Origin: Dehalococcoidia bacterium
Lineage (GTDB): Bacteria > Chloroflexota > Dehalococcoidia > SM23-28-2 > RBG-16-64-32
Length of the DNA stretch: 64,000 bases
NCBI GenBank assembly: GCA_963665775.2
Contig: CAXXTF010000001.1
Coordinates: 128,001-192,000 of the forward strand
Reading direction: 5' to 3'
This document shows, piece after piece, positions 40,803-50,303 of this stretch. The translations under genes and the position numbers were made by a program. Numbering within the stretch: position 1 is the first letter of the stretch; the number at the start of each line of letters is the position of its first letter. Below the pieces are notes generated by a model that made no database searches, was not told where the DNA came from, and saw nothing but the letters and a program-made list of their open reading frames with translations.

Positions 40803-40956
40803 GTGACACAGCCGAGGCGACGCGAGTTCCGGTTCGGGATCGGTGAATGGTATGGACGGGACTTCACGGCACTGTCTCCCGAAGAAAGAAGGGACCTAGC
40901 TCAGATTCAGTTTGTGCCCAAGAGTGAACGGCCTTTTCTACGATGCCCGTTCATGT
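40803..40956 (+). pseudogene. 5' remnant of a NotI-like restriction endonuclease
   Basis: FGIGEWYG...CPF resembles the NotI-family N-terminus (recalled, not searched); the frame then runs into the antisense strand of the MTase. Confidence 0.5.
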
Positions 40957-41569
40957 CGTCCCGGTTGACATTCTTACGTATGTATTCAATGCCGTCACTG
41001 TGGCAGAAGGTGATACGTTCTCTTTGCGAGTGGATAGCTCGTATTCTGTTCTGGAGGGTCCTGGCGTACCAGCGTGAAGCGACACCGCGGCCGTTCTCTC
41101 CATACTTCATGAGACTTGCCCCCGGTGCCATGATGCCGCCGCGCTGAACGCGGTTGCGCACGATTGTCGCGAAAGCGCGGTCTAGCAGGCTATTGGAGGG
41201 ACGATTTAAAACGGCTCTAACCGACTCGTAAGACACTTGGAAACGGCCAATCTTATTGATTAGTTCCTCGGCATGGCCGTCAAGAATCGTTTCCCACACG
41301 GCAGCTACGCTTTCGTCTAGCTCAACGAGCACTAATCTATCAATCAGGCCGTCAAACAGCATCGAAAGGCCCACGTTGGCTCCACCACAGAAAGGCTCAC
41401 AGAACGTGCGTGGTCCCTTTGGGAGGCTGGTCAGCCACTTTCGGATTTGCGGGATAAGCCACGTCTTACCGCCAGGATAGCGAAACGGACTGTGATGTGG
41501 AACCGAAGCCACGTTGGTTATTCGGGCTGCATCCGGCGCATCTAGCAAGGCCATCTTCCGCTCAAACAT
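40907..41569 (-). pseudogene. Dam/D12-class DNA methyltransferase truncated before the DPPY motif
   Basis: SPFRYPGGKT, EPFCGGA, NR; ends ...DGIEYIRKNVNRDD with no DPPY; lower GC. Confidence 0.85.
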
Positions 41570-41578
41570 TTGTCCTAT

Positions 41579-41606
41579 ATCTTACACGATTCCGTGTACT
41601 TGTCAA
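41579..41606 (-). promoter_or_regulatory. Promoter of the MTase with palindromic operator
   Basis: TTGACA (41601-06)-16-TAAGAT (41579-84); perfect inverted repeat TACACG-N4-CGTGTA (41583-98). Confidence 0.7.
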
Positions 41607-41611
41607 GCCCC

Positions 41612-44600
41612 CTACACCCCCACCATCCCCCAATCCCCCACGATCTCCCCCAGCCGCTGCGACAGCTCCGCACAGTAGCGCGCCCGCGGCAGCTCCAGCT
41701 CCACCTCCTCACCGTCCCGCTGCCGGATCGCCAGCCGCACCTCCCCCTCCCCCGAGTACTCCCGCAGCGCGTTCACCAACGCCCGCAATCGCTCCTGGTC
41801 CTCCTCAGCATCGTCCGTCTCCTCCAGCAGGATGCGCATGGGCCCGCCCCTTTCCGCGACCGGCGGGGCGACACTACCCTCGTTCTCGCCAGCCGCCGGG
41901 CCAACATCATACCGCCGCGAGCCGTTACTGCCGTTCGACGCCACTAGCGCCGACGGGTCGAACTGTCCCTCTCCGTATAGCACCGCCTTCTGTACCGAAA
42001 TCTGGAGGCGATCGCCCCGCGACCGCACCCGCGCGCCGACCACCACCAGGCTATTGGGCTGCCACAGCTCCCGCGTCTCCTCGTACGTCTCGGGCCACAC
42101 GGTGACCTCCAGGCTCCCCGTCAGATCCTCGATCTCCGCCGAGAGGAACAGGCGGCCGTCCCTCGTCGTCAGGGAGCGCGTGCCCGTCACTATGCCACCC
42201 AGGAGCAATTCGCGGCCCGTTAGCTCCGCCCTCACATCGACCAGCCCGCAGCTCAGGTGAGGTCTCAGCTCCGCCGCCGCCCGGGCGAACGGGTGCTCCG
42301 ACAGGTATATCCCCAACAACTCCTTCTCCCAGGTCAGCTTCTCCTGCTGGGGCGTCTCCCGCGCTGCCTCCAGCTGCAGCCCACCCAGGCCGGCCTGCCC
42401 CTGGGCCCCCGGCAGGTCGAACAGCGAGGTCTGACCAGACTCCCGCTGCCTCTGGGCCCGCTGTCCGTAGGCGATGAGCCGGTCCAGGCTGGCCAACAGG
42501 GCCCCTCGCTCCCCGAACTGATCGAGGGCCCCAACCTTGAACAGGCTCTCCAGAGCCCGCTTGTTCAGGTGGCGCACGCTCACTCGCTCGAAAAAGTCCT
42601 CGATCCCGGCGAACGGCCCGCCGGCCTCCCGCGCTTCCACCACCCCCTGGGCCATAGCGACGCCCACGTTCTTGACGTTGGCCAGCCCGAACCGAATCGC
42701 CCTCGTCCCATCGGCCCGGGCCCCCAGCCCGAAGTTGACCCCGCTCTCCGTCACATCCGGCGGCAGCAGCTGGATGTGAAGACGTTCGCACTCCGCGTAG
42801 GCCTCCGCCACCCGTTGGGCGGCGCCGGCCGGATGGTGCTCCGCCATCATTAGGACGGCCGTTAGGTACTCCTCGGCATAGTTCGCCATCAGGTAGGCCG
42901 TCTGGTAGGCGATGGTCCCGTAAGAGACGGCGTGAGCCTTGTTGAAAGCGTAGCCAGCAAAGGGCTCGATGAGGTTGAATATCTCCTGGGCCTGGGCCTT
43001 AGCGTACCCCTTCTTCTGCGCCCCGTTGATGAACTGCTGCTCCTCGGCCCGCATGATGGAGCGGACCTTCTTCCCCATCGCCTTGCGCATGACGTCCGCC
43101 TGACCCAGCGAGTAGCCAGCGAATAGCCGAGCGATGAGCAGAACCTGATCCTGATACACGATAACCCCATGCGTCTCGTCCAGGATCTCCGCCAGGTCGG
43201 GATGCGGATAGCTCACCGCCGCCAGGCCGTGCTTGGCCCGAATGTAGGTGGGGATGTGCTGCATGGGCCCGGGGCGATACAGGGCCACCATCACCGCCAG
43301 GTCCTTGATGGATGTCGGCTTCAGCTCCTGGACGTACCTCCGCATACCTGCTGACTCCAGCTGGAACACGCCGAAGGTCTCCCCCTGAGCCAGCATCCTG
43401 TACGTCTTGGCGTCCCCGTCAGGTAGCGCCGTGACGTCTACATCCACCCCACGGGCCTGGCGGATCACCTCCACCGTCTTGCCCAGGATCGTCAGGTTGG
43501 TCAGCCCCAGGAAGTCCATCTTCAGCAGCCCTAAGTCCGCCACCTCGTTCATAGCGTATTGGGTGGTGGGCAAGGCGGTGGCATCCCCAGACGAGGGCCG
43601 CTGCAAGGGGAGGAAGTGAACCAGCGGCTCCGGCGCGATGACCACGCCCGCCGCGTGGGTGCTAGCGTGGCGGGCCACCCCCTCCAGCACCCGCGCCGTA
43701 TCGATCAGCTTGGCGGTCGGTGGGTCCCCCTCGTACAGCTGCCGTATCTCCGGTCCCTCCTGCAACGCCTTCTCGATAGTCATTACCCCGAAGGACGCCG
43801 GCATGTTCGGCACCAGCCGCGCCACCCTGTCCACATCGGCGTAGGGCATCCCCAGAGCCCGCCCCACGTCGCGAATAGAGGCCTTGGCGCCCAGCGTGCC
43901 AAAGGTGATGATCTGCGCCACCCGATCGTGTCCGTACTTCTCGGCGGCGTAGCGAATCATCTCGTCCCGGCGGTCCTCGGCGAAGTCGAGATCCACGTCC
44001 GGCATCTCCCGCCGCTCCACGTTCAGGAATCGCTCGAACACCAACCCGTGCTCCAGGGGATCGATATCCGTCACCCTCAAGCAGTACAGGATCACCGCGG
44101 CCGCGGCCGAGCCTCGCACGGCCATGAGGATTCCGCGGCTACGGGCGAACTGGGCGAAGTCGTGCACGACCAGAATGTAATCGGCGAACCCGGTCTCGCG
44201 AACGACATCCAGCTCATAGTCCAGCCGCTGGCGGGCGCCCTCCGCCCCCTCCGGATAGCGCTGGGCCAGCCCCTGATAGCAAAGCTGGGCCAGATACTCC
44301 CAGGCGGAGAGGCCCGGCGGCACCTCCGCCTGGGGCAGGCGCAAGCGGCCGAACTCCAGGTTCAGATCACACATCTCGGCGATACGACCGGTGTTGTCGA
44401 TAGCGTCCGGCAGCTCAGGGTACAGCTGCCGCATCTCGTCTTCCGACTTCAGGTGGTAGGAGTCCGCCTCTCCACCCATCCGCATCCGCTTCTCGTCCAG
44501 GACCGAGGTGTTGGTGCCGATGCAAAGGAGGATATCCTGGAAGGAGGCGTCCTCCCGCCGCACGTAATGCACGTCGTTGGTGGCCGCCAGCGGCAGTCCT

Positions 44601-45175
44601 GTCTCCCGGGCCAGACGGACCAGCCTCTGATTCAGCGGCTCGTGCTCCGGGATGCCGTGCTCCTGCACCTCGATGTAGAACTCCCCGAACAGCTCCTTGT
44701 AGTGGCGGGCGGCCTCGACAGCCTCCGCGAATCGGTCGTCCAGCAGGTAGCGCGATATCTCGCTGCTGGCGCAGCCGGAGAGGGCGATAATCCCCTCGTG
44801 GTGCTGCTCCAGCAGCTCTTTGTCCATGCGGGGCTTGTAGTAGTAGCCCTCCAGGTGGGCCTTGGTGACCAGGGCCAGCAGGTTTCGGTATCCCGTCTCG
44901 TTCCGGGCCAGCAACGTGATGTGGTTGTTCTGCTTGTCGCTGGGCTCGCGGGAGTGGCGCGACCCCTGGGCCACGTACGCCTCGACGCCGATGATGGGCT
45001 TAATGTCGCGGGCCTTCGCCTCCTTGTAGAACTGGATTGCCCCGTACAGCACCCCGTGGTCCGTCAGGGCGACAGCCTCCTGGCCCAGCTCCTTCGCCCG
45101 GTCCATGAGGAGGGGGATGCGGGACAGGCCGTCCAGCAGGGAGTACTCGGTGTGAAGGTGAAGGTGCGTATACAT
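41612..45175 (-). CDS. dnaE: DNA polymerase III alpha subunit
   Basis: HLHTEYSLLDG, RGSAA, MPDVDLD, YAFNKAH, internal clamp motif QTSLF. Confidence 0.98.
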   Translation of the reverse strand: MYTHLHLHTEYSLLDGLSRIPLLMDRAKELGQEAVALTDHGVLYGAIQFYKEAKARDIKPIIGVEAYVAQGSRHSREPSDKQNNHITLLARNETGYRNLLALVTKAHLEGYYYKPRMDKELLEQHHEGIIALSGCASSEISRYLLDDRFAEAVEAARHYKELFGEFYIEVQEHGIPEHEPLNQRLVRLARETGLPLAATNDVHYVRREDASFQDILLCIGTNTSVLDEKRMRMGGEADSYHLKSEDEMRQLYPELPDAIDNTGRIAEMCDLNLEFGRLRLPQAEVPPGLSAWEYLAQLCYQGLAQRYPEGAEGARQRLDYELDVVRETGFADYILVVHDFAQFARSRGILMAVRGSAAAAVILYCLRVTDIDPLEHGLVFERFLNVERREMPDVDLDFAEDRRDEMIRYAAEKYGHDRVAQIITFGTLGAKASIRDVGRALGMPYADVDRVARLVPNMPASFGVMTIEKALQEGPEIRQLYEGDPPTAKLIDTARVLEGVARHASTHAAGVVIAPEPLVHFLPLQRPSSGDATALPTTQYAMNEVADLGLLKMDFLGLTNLTILGKTVEVIRQARGVDVDVTALPDGDAKTYRMLAQGETFGVFQLESAGMRRYVQELKPTSIKDLAVMVALYRPGPMQHIPTYIRAKHGLAAVSYPHPDLAEILDETHGVIVYQDQVLLIARLFAGYSLGQADVMRKAMGKKVRSIMRAEEQQFINGAQKKGYAKAQAQEIFNLIEPFAGYAFNKAHAVSYGTIAYQTAYLMANYAEEYLTAVLMMAEHHPAGAAQRVAEAYAECERLHIQLLPPDVTESGVNFGLGARADGTRAIRFGLANVKNVGVAMAQGVVEAREAGGPFAGIEDFFERVSVRHLNKRALESLFKVGALDQFGERGALLASLDRLIAYGQRAQRQRESGQTSLFDLPGAQGQAGLGGLQLEAARETPQQEKLTWEKELLGIYLSEHPFARAAAELRPHLSCGLVDVRAELTGRELLLGGIVTGTRSLTTRDGRLFLSAEIEDLTGSLEVTVWPETYEETRELWQPNSLVVVGARVRSRGDRLQISVQKAVLYGEGQFDPSALVASNGSNGSRRYDVGPAAGENEGSVAPPVAERGGPMRILLEETDDAEEDQERLRALVNALREYSGEGEVRLAIRQRDGEEVELELPRARYCAELSQRLGEIVGDWGMVGV

Positions 45176-45314
45176 TTGCCTGAATGTTGTCTCCGGAACG
45201 GCCCTATTATAGCGACCCCAGGCGGCCAGCGGTCACCCCTTATGTTAATTCAGCGGCGAAATTTTGGGAAAGCGTCGCGGGGCGATGGCCCGGTCCGGAG
45301 CTGGCCTCCCGCCC

Positions 45315-46187
45315 CTACTCCGTGACGGACAGCCCGATGAGCCGGTAGGTCAGCCTGGCGGCGAACTGGGCGTTGGCGCGCGGCCCCAGGGAGGGGGCCA
45401 GCTCCGTCACGTCGAAGCCCACGATGCGCCTCTGGCCGGCCACCGTCTCCAGCAGCTCGCTCACCTCGTCCCAGAGGAGGCCGCCCGGCTCCGGCGTGCC
45501 CACGGCCGCCACCTGCGAGGGGTCGAAGGCGTCCAGGTCGATAGTCACGTAAACGCTCCCCGATAGCTGCTCGGCCAGCCCCTGCGGGCCCAAGCTGCGG
45601 AACTCCTGGGGGCTGTAGAAGGGGAGACCCCGCTCCCGAATATAGTCGTGCTCCTGCCGCTCCGCGCTGCGTAGCCCCACCTGGACCACGGGAGCCGCTT
45701 CCAGGACGCGCCGTAGTGTGCAGGCGTGGTTGTAAGGGGTGTCCAGATAGGAGTCCCGCAGGTCGGCGTTGGCGTCGAAGGCCAGCACCGAAAGGTCGGG
45801 AAAGCGACGGGCGTGGGCCCGGGCCGCCCCCACCGCCACCGTATGCTCGCCGCCCAGGGTCACCACGAACTTGCCATCGTCGATCAGCTCGCCGACTACC
45901 GCCTCGATGCGCTCCACCATCGCCTGCGGGTTGCCGGAGTGGACGGCCACCTCGGGCAGCGTATGGATGCCCACCCGATACGGCTCGCAGCCGATGCCGA
46001 TGTCGTACAGCTCCATGTTCTCGGAGGCGTCGATGATAGCGGACGGCCCCTCACGGGAGCCGACCCAGCCGGAGGCGGTGGCGTCGTAGGGGACCGGGAG
46101 GATGACGACGCGGGAGAGGGCGAAGTCGCTGTGCTCCGGGGGGAGGGCGGCGAAGTTGCGGGGCGGGAAGAAGCGCTCGTCGGTCAT
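45315..46187 (-). CDS. speB: Agmatinase/ureohydrolase family protein (DANAD instead of DAHAD)
   Basis: PVPYD, GGEH, NHAC, DLDAFDP, GTPEPGG, VTELAP. Confidence 0.88.
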   Translation of the reverse strand: MTDERFFPPRNFAALPPEHSDFALSRVVILPVPYDATASGWVGSREGPSAIIDASENMELYDIGIGCEPYRVGIHTLPEVAVHSGNPQAMVERIEAVVGELIDDGKFVVTLGGEHTVAVGAARAHARRFPDLSVLAFDANADLRDSYLDTPYNHACTLRRVLEAAPVVQVGLRSAERQEHDYIRERGLPFYSPQEFRSLGPQGLAEQLSGSVYVTIDLDAFDPSQVAAVGTPEPGGLLWDEVSELLETVAGQRRIVGFDVTELAPSLGPRANAQFAARLTYRLIGLSVTE

Positions 46188-46198
46188 GATGGAGAACG

Positions 46199-47254
46199 CT
46201 AGTGCGGACCCCGGTCGGCGGCTGGAGACCGCGCCTCCCCCTTCTCCCACTCCCAGTCCAGAACGGGCAGCTTGCGGGAGTCGATGGCGTCCCGGGCGCT
46301 CTCAGCCAGGGCGCTGACGATGAGGGGCATAGCGATGGTGGCCTCCGCGTAGACGGTGACGGAGCGGGCGTCCGGAGCGATCTTGCGCCAGGACTGCGCC
46401 TCCTCAAAGGTGCAGCCAGAGAGGCCGCCCCACTGGGGTTGGTCCATCGTGACCTGGATGCCGTAGCTGTGGCCGGGCCGCTCGCGGCCGAACAGGTAGC
46501 CGGCCACCCCAGACTGCTGGATGTAGTTCTTGGGGGTACCGCCGCCGATGTAGACAACGGCGGACTTGGTAGCCGTCAAGGAGAGATGGGCCATCTCCAG
46601 GAGATCGCCGATGATGTCGAAGGCCACTCGTTTGCCCGTCCGCAGCCGTCCCTCGGCGATGGCCAGGCCATGGACGCTATCGCCCAGGGCTGGGCAGTAG
46701 ACGGGAACCCCGTGCTTGGCGGCGGACGTGAGGATACCTTCCTCCTTCGCCACGGGGGCCAGCGCCTTACCCATCAGGTGAAAGTACTCGCGGCTGGTGT
46801 AGAGCCGGTCCTCGTCCAGGGTGAAGGAGAAGTCGGTGCAGAACCGCTCGCCGATGGCGAACTCGTGCTCCGGGGCCAGCACGTCGAAGAAGCGAACTAC
46901 GCGCAGGTGGGCGAGGCGAACGTCGTCACCGCCGGGATCGCCCTGAGAGTGGGGAAAGCCCAGGGTCTCGTAGACGTCGTGGTAGAGATTGGCGCCCGTG
47001 CTGACCAGAACATCGATCAGGCGGTGCTCGATGAGATAGACCAGGAGGGGGCGCATGCCGGCGGGGACCATGGCCCCTGCCAGACCCAGGAAGATGGTGC
47101 AGTCGTCCTTTAGCATCGCCCCCCAGACGCGAGCAGCCTGGCCCAGATTGCGGGCCTGGAAGGCCGTATCGGCCATCCGCTCCACGATCTCGGCGGCGGA
47201 GGTGCCCTCCGTCAGCGGGAAAGGGGTGATGTCTCCGGGCTGGTGGCCCTGCAT
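46199..47254 (-). CDS. Deoxyhypusine synthase-like protein (probable SpeY-type homospermidine pathway enzyme)
   Basis: FQARNL, STGANLYHD, GGGTPKN, GGLSGCTFEEAQSWRK with the active-site Lys. Confidence 0.9.
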   Translation of the reverse strand: MQGHQPGDITPFPLTEGTSAAEIVERMADTAFQARNLGQAARVWGAMLKDDCTIFLGLAGAMVPAGMRPLLVYLIEHRLIDVLVSTGANLYHDVYETLGFPHSQGDPGGDDVRLAHLRVVRFFDVLAPEHEFAIGERFCTDFSFTLDEDRLYTSREYFHLMGKALAPVAKEEGILTSAAKHGVPVYCPALGDSVHGLAIAEGRLRTGKRVAFDIIGDLLEMAHLSLTATKSAVVYIGGGTPKNYIQQSGVAGYLFGRERPGHSYGIQVTMDQPQWGGLSGCTFEEAQSWRKIAPDARSVTVYAEATIAMPLIVSALAESARDAIDSRKLPVLDWEWEKGEARSPAADRGPH

Positions 47255-47256
47255 GG

Positions 47257-47619
47257 CTAGACCCTGGTCGGCGCCTCCAAGCCACGCTCCAGGATATTGA
47301 CGTCCATCTCGCGCAGGAGGAAGCGCCGCTTAAGATCCTCGAAGATGGGCGCGGCGTCGAAATCCTTGCAGGAGAAGATGTCGATCCAGATAAGGCGCCG
47401 CTCCGGAAACGTGTGCAACGCGATGTGGCTCTCGGCGATCATGACGTAGCCGGAGATACCCCAGTCCTCTGGTTTAGTGCCCTTAAAACGGACTACGGAT
47501 GGTTGCGTGATCTTGGTCATCCCCATCTCATCGGGGTAACGATCCAGGATCACGCGCACCACATTTTCATCCGCAAGCTGGTCCGGATCACCCCCGTATC
47601 CGTCGATTATGACGTGCAT
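47257..47619 (-). CDS. speD: Pyruvoyl-dependent S-adenosylmethionine decarboxylase family proenzyme (class 1B)
   Basis: MHVIIDGY, GISGYVMIAESHIALHTFPE, DIFSC; substrate uncertain. Confidence 0.85.
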   Translation of the reverse strand: MHVIIDGYGGDPDQLADENVVRVILDRYPDEMGMTKITQPSVVRFKGTKPEDWGISGYVMIAESHIALHTFPERRLIWIDIFSCKDFDAAPIFEDLKRRFLLREMDVNILERGLEAPTRV

Positions 47620-47723
47620 AGATCCCCCCTTCAGGCTTGATGGCCCCCCGCCATGTCCTCCAATACAGTCAGGGGATCCGTGGGGGCCACGGAGATTCCT
47701 GCTCGGTTCTCAAACGAAAGGCA

Positions 47724-47752
47724 TGATATCACAGGCGACCTACCAATGCAAA
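47724..47752 (-). promoter_or_regulatory. Promoter of the polyamine operon
   Basis: TTGCAT-17 nt-TATCAT with extended TG. Confidence 0.55.
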
Positions 47753-47776
47753 GAGCACGGCGGCCACCGCCGGTTC

Positions 47777-48799
47777 TCAGCGTTGTCCGGCGGAAATCAG
47801 CGACCTCGGAGCCTCCAGCAGGAGCGCCTCCAGCGCCAGTCGTGGCTGCGCGTTCTCCTCCAGATGCCGGCGGGCGGCGAGCAACGCCCGGACGAAAGCC
47901 GACACCTCTTCCCGGCCGTAGTGCCCGGCGTCCTCCCGCAGCTCGGCCAGCAGGTCGACGTTGGCCAGGCCATCCTCGGCCCCGGCCTGCACCAAGAGGA
48001 GATCGCGCCACCAACCCTGCCACTCCAGCAGCAACTCCAGCACGGCCTCGCGTCCCTGACGGAAGTCCGAGGCCACCCGTTCGGCCAGATCGAGGCGCTC
48101 GGCGATCGTCATCGCGCTCAGGGAGCGGGCCCCGGCCAGGGCCTTCCGCCTCCCTTCCATCCGGGACGCGTCGCGGGCCATCTCCAGGGCCCAGCCGATG
48201 CGCCCGCGGGAGAGGCGGGCCAATAGCCGGGCTTTCTCGACCTCGACGCCCTCCGCCAGCAGCGCTTCCCCGACGGCGCCCAGGGGCAGGACACGAAACT
48301 CTATTCGCTGACAGCGAGAGCGGATGGTGGGGAGCAGCCGCTCCTCCTGCGCGGCCACCAGAACGAAAGCTACATGGGGCGGCGGCTCCTCCAGGGTCTT
48401 GAGGAGGGCGTTCTGGGCCTCCGTGTTCATGGCGTCAGCCGGGTCGATGATGACGACGCGGGTACGCCCCTCGAACGGGTTGAGGGCGATCGCGCGCTCC
48501 ACCTCCCGTATCTGGCCAACGCTGATGCCTTTGTGCTGGGGCCCCTCGTCCGAGGGTTCGACCGACACCACCTGAACGTCGGCGTGGATACCGCCGGCGA
48601 TGCGTCGACAGGGCTGACAGTCCTGACAGGGGGGCTCAGCACCGGTGCAGTTAAGGGCCTGGGCCAGCCGCAGGGCCAGGGTAGCCTTGCCCACGCTTGC
48701 CGGCCCCACAAACAGGTAGGCGTGGGCAGCCGTCCCACCCGAAAGGGCGCGTGTGAGGGCGTCGACGGCGCGCTCCTGGCCGATTATTTCCCAGGTCAT
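47777..48799 (-). CDS. holB: DNA polymerase III delta' subunit
   Basis: HAYLFVGP..GK, C..PC..C..C, QNALLKTLEEP, TIRSRC. Confidence 0.95.
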   Translation of the reverse strand: MTWEIIGQERAVDALTRALSGGTAAHAYLFVGPASVGKATLALRLAQALNCTGAEPPCQDCQPCRRIAGGIHADVQVVSVEPSDEGPQHKGISVGQIREVERAIALNPFEGRTRVVIIDPADAMNTEAQNALLKTLEEPPPHVAFVLVAAQEERLLPTIRSRCQRIEFRVLPLGAVGEALLAEGVEVEKARLLARLSRGRIGWALEMARDASRMEGRRKALAGARSLSAMTIAERLDLAERVASDFRQGREAVLELLLEWQGWWRDLLLVQAGAEDGLANVDLLAELREDAGHYGREEVSAFVRALLAARRHLEENAQPRLALEALLLEAPRSLISAGQR

Positions 48800-48898
48800 A
48801 GCATTGCCACCGGCGAATAGGAAAGGGGCTTCATCTGCTGACGCATGCCTGCCAGGACCCATGTTTGCAGACAGCGCGAAGAATCCCTGCCATGTCCC

Positions 48899-50236
48899 TT
48901 ACTCCAGGGGCCAGACGTCACAGCGCATCAGGTCGTCGTAGGTCTCACGACGGCGCATCAGCCTGGCCTGGCCGTCCTTCACCAGGACGACGGCCGGGCG
49001 GAGGGCGATGTTGTAGTTGCTGGCCATGGATAGGTTGTAGGCGCCGGCCGTCAGCACGGCGAGCACGTCGCCCGGCTCCAAGGGCGGTAGGTCGGCGTCC
49101 CGAATAAGGATGTCGCCCGACTCGCAGTACTTCCCGGCGATGGTCACCTTCTCGCAGCGCTCGTCCGTGATCTTGTTAGCCACCAGCGCCGAATACTGGG
49201 AGCCGTAGAGGGCGGGACGGATGTTATCGGCCATGCCGCCGTCCACGGAGACGAAGCGGCGCACCTCCGGCACCTCCTTGGAGGAGCCTACGGTGTAGAG
49301 GGCGACGGCGGCCCGGGCCACAATGGCCCGGCCCGGCTCGATGATCAGCCCGGGCAGGGGCAAGCCGTGCTGACGGCCGGCCTCCTTCAGGGCAGAGACG
49401 ATCTCCTCCGCGTAGTCGGCCGGCGACGGAGCGGGCGGCCCGGTGCCGTAGTCGACGGCGAAGCCGCCGCCGGGGCTGAACTCCCGCATCTCGAACCCGT
49501 GCTTGCGCTTCATCTCGGCGGCAAAGGCGAAGACGACCTCCACGGCCCGCCGGTACGGCGTGAGCTCGAAGATGGGCGAACCCAGGTGCACGTGCAACCC
49601 CACCGGCTCCAGGCCGGGCATCTCCAGCGCCTGCCGCACCGCCGCCTCCGCCTGGCCGGTGGGCAGCGGGATGCCGAACTTGCTGTCCAGGGTGCCCGTG
49701 GTGGTGTGAGCGTGCGTGTGCGGGTCTATGCCGGGCGAAAGGCGGAGGAGCACCTTCTGCCGGAAGCCACGGGCCTGGGCCAGGCCATTCAGGAGCTGAA
49801 GCTCGTGGAAGTTGTCGATGACGATACGACCGACGCCGCAGTCCAGGGCCTCGCCCAGCTCCTCCTCGGACTTGTTGTTGCCGTGGAAATGGATGCGCTC
49901 AGGCGGAAAGTTGACGGAGCGGGCGATCGCCAGCTCGCCGCCAGAGACCACGTCCAGGGACAGCCCCTCCTGGGCCAGGATGGCGCCGAGGGCCCGCCCC
50001 AGGTAGGCCTTGGCCGCGTAGGCGACCTCTGTGTCGGCGTGTCGGGCGCGGAACTCGCCCTGGAAGGCGCGGCACTGGCGCCGCAGCGTCTCCTCATCGA
50101 AGACGTAGAGGGGGGTGCCGAACTCCCGGGCCAGCTCTACGCTGTCGCAGCCACCCAGGGCCAGGTGACCGGCCTCGTTAAGGGCGGCGGTCAGCGGCAG
50201 AATGTTGGCCAGGGGAACCTCGGTCGCCTTCACCAA
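48899..50236 (-). CDS. lysA: Diaminopimelate decarboxylase
   Basis: TPLYV, YAAKA, SKFG, EPGR, KYCESGD, GAY..SMASNYN; GAGGAGG SD. Confidence 0.96.
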   Translation of the reverse strand: MVKATEVPLANILPLTAALNEAGHLALGGCDSVELAREFGTPLYVFDEETLRRQCRAFQGEFRARHADTEVAYAAKAYLGRALGAILAQEGLSLDVVSGGELAIARSVNFPPERIHFHGNNKSEEELGEALDCGVGRIVIDNFHELQLLNGLAQARGFRQKVLLRLSPGIDPHTHAHTTTGTLDSKFGIPLPTGQAEAAVRQALEMPGLEPVGLHVHLGSPIFELTPYRRAVEVVFAFAAEMKRKHGFEMREFSPGGGFAVDYGTGPPAPSPADYAEEIVSALKEAGRQHGLPLPGLIIEPGRAIVARAAVALYTVGSSKEVPEVRRFVSVDGGMADNIRPALYGSQYSALVANKITDERCEKVTIAGKYCESGDILIRDADLPPLEPGDVLAVLTAGAYNLSMASNYNIALRPAVVLVKDGQARLMRRRETYDDLMRCDVWPLE

Positions 50237-50303
50237 GTGAACCGCCTCCTCTTTAGGCTTGCTCAAGTAGAGACAGCATTGCACCGTCAGAAGCGCTGCG
50301 CAA

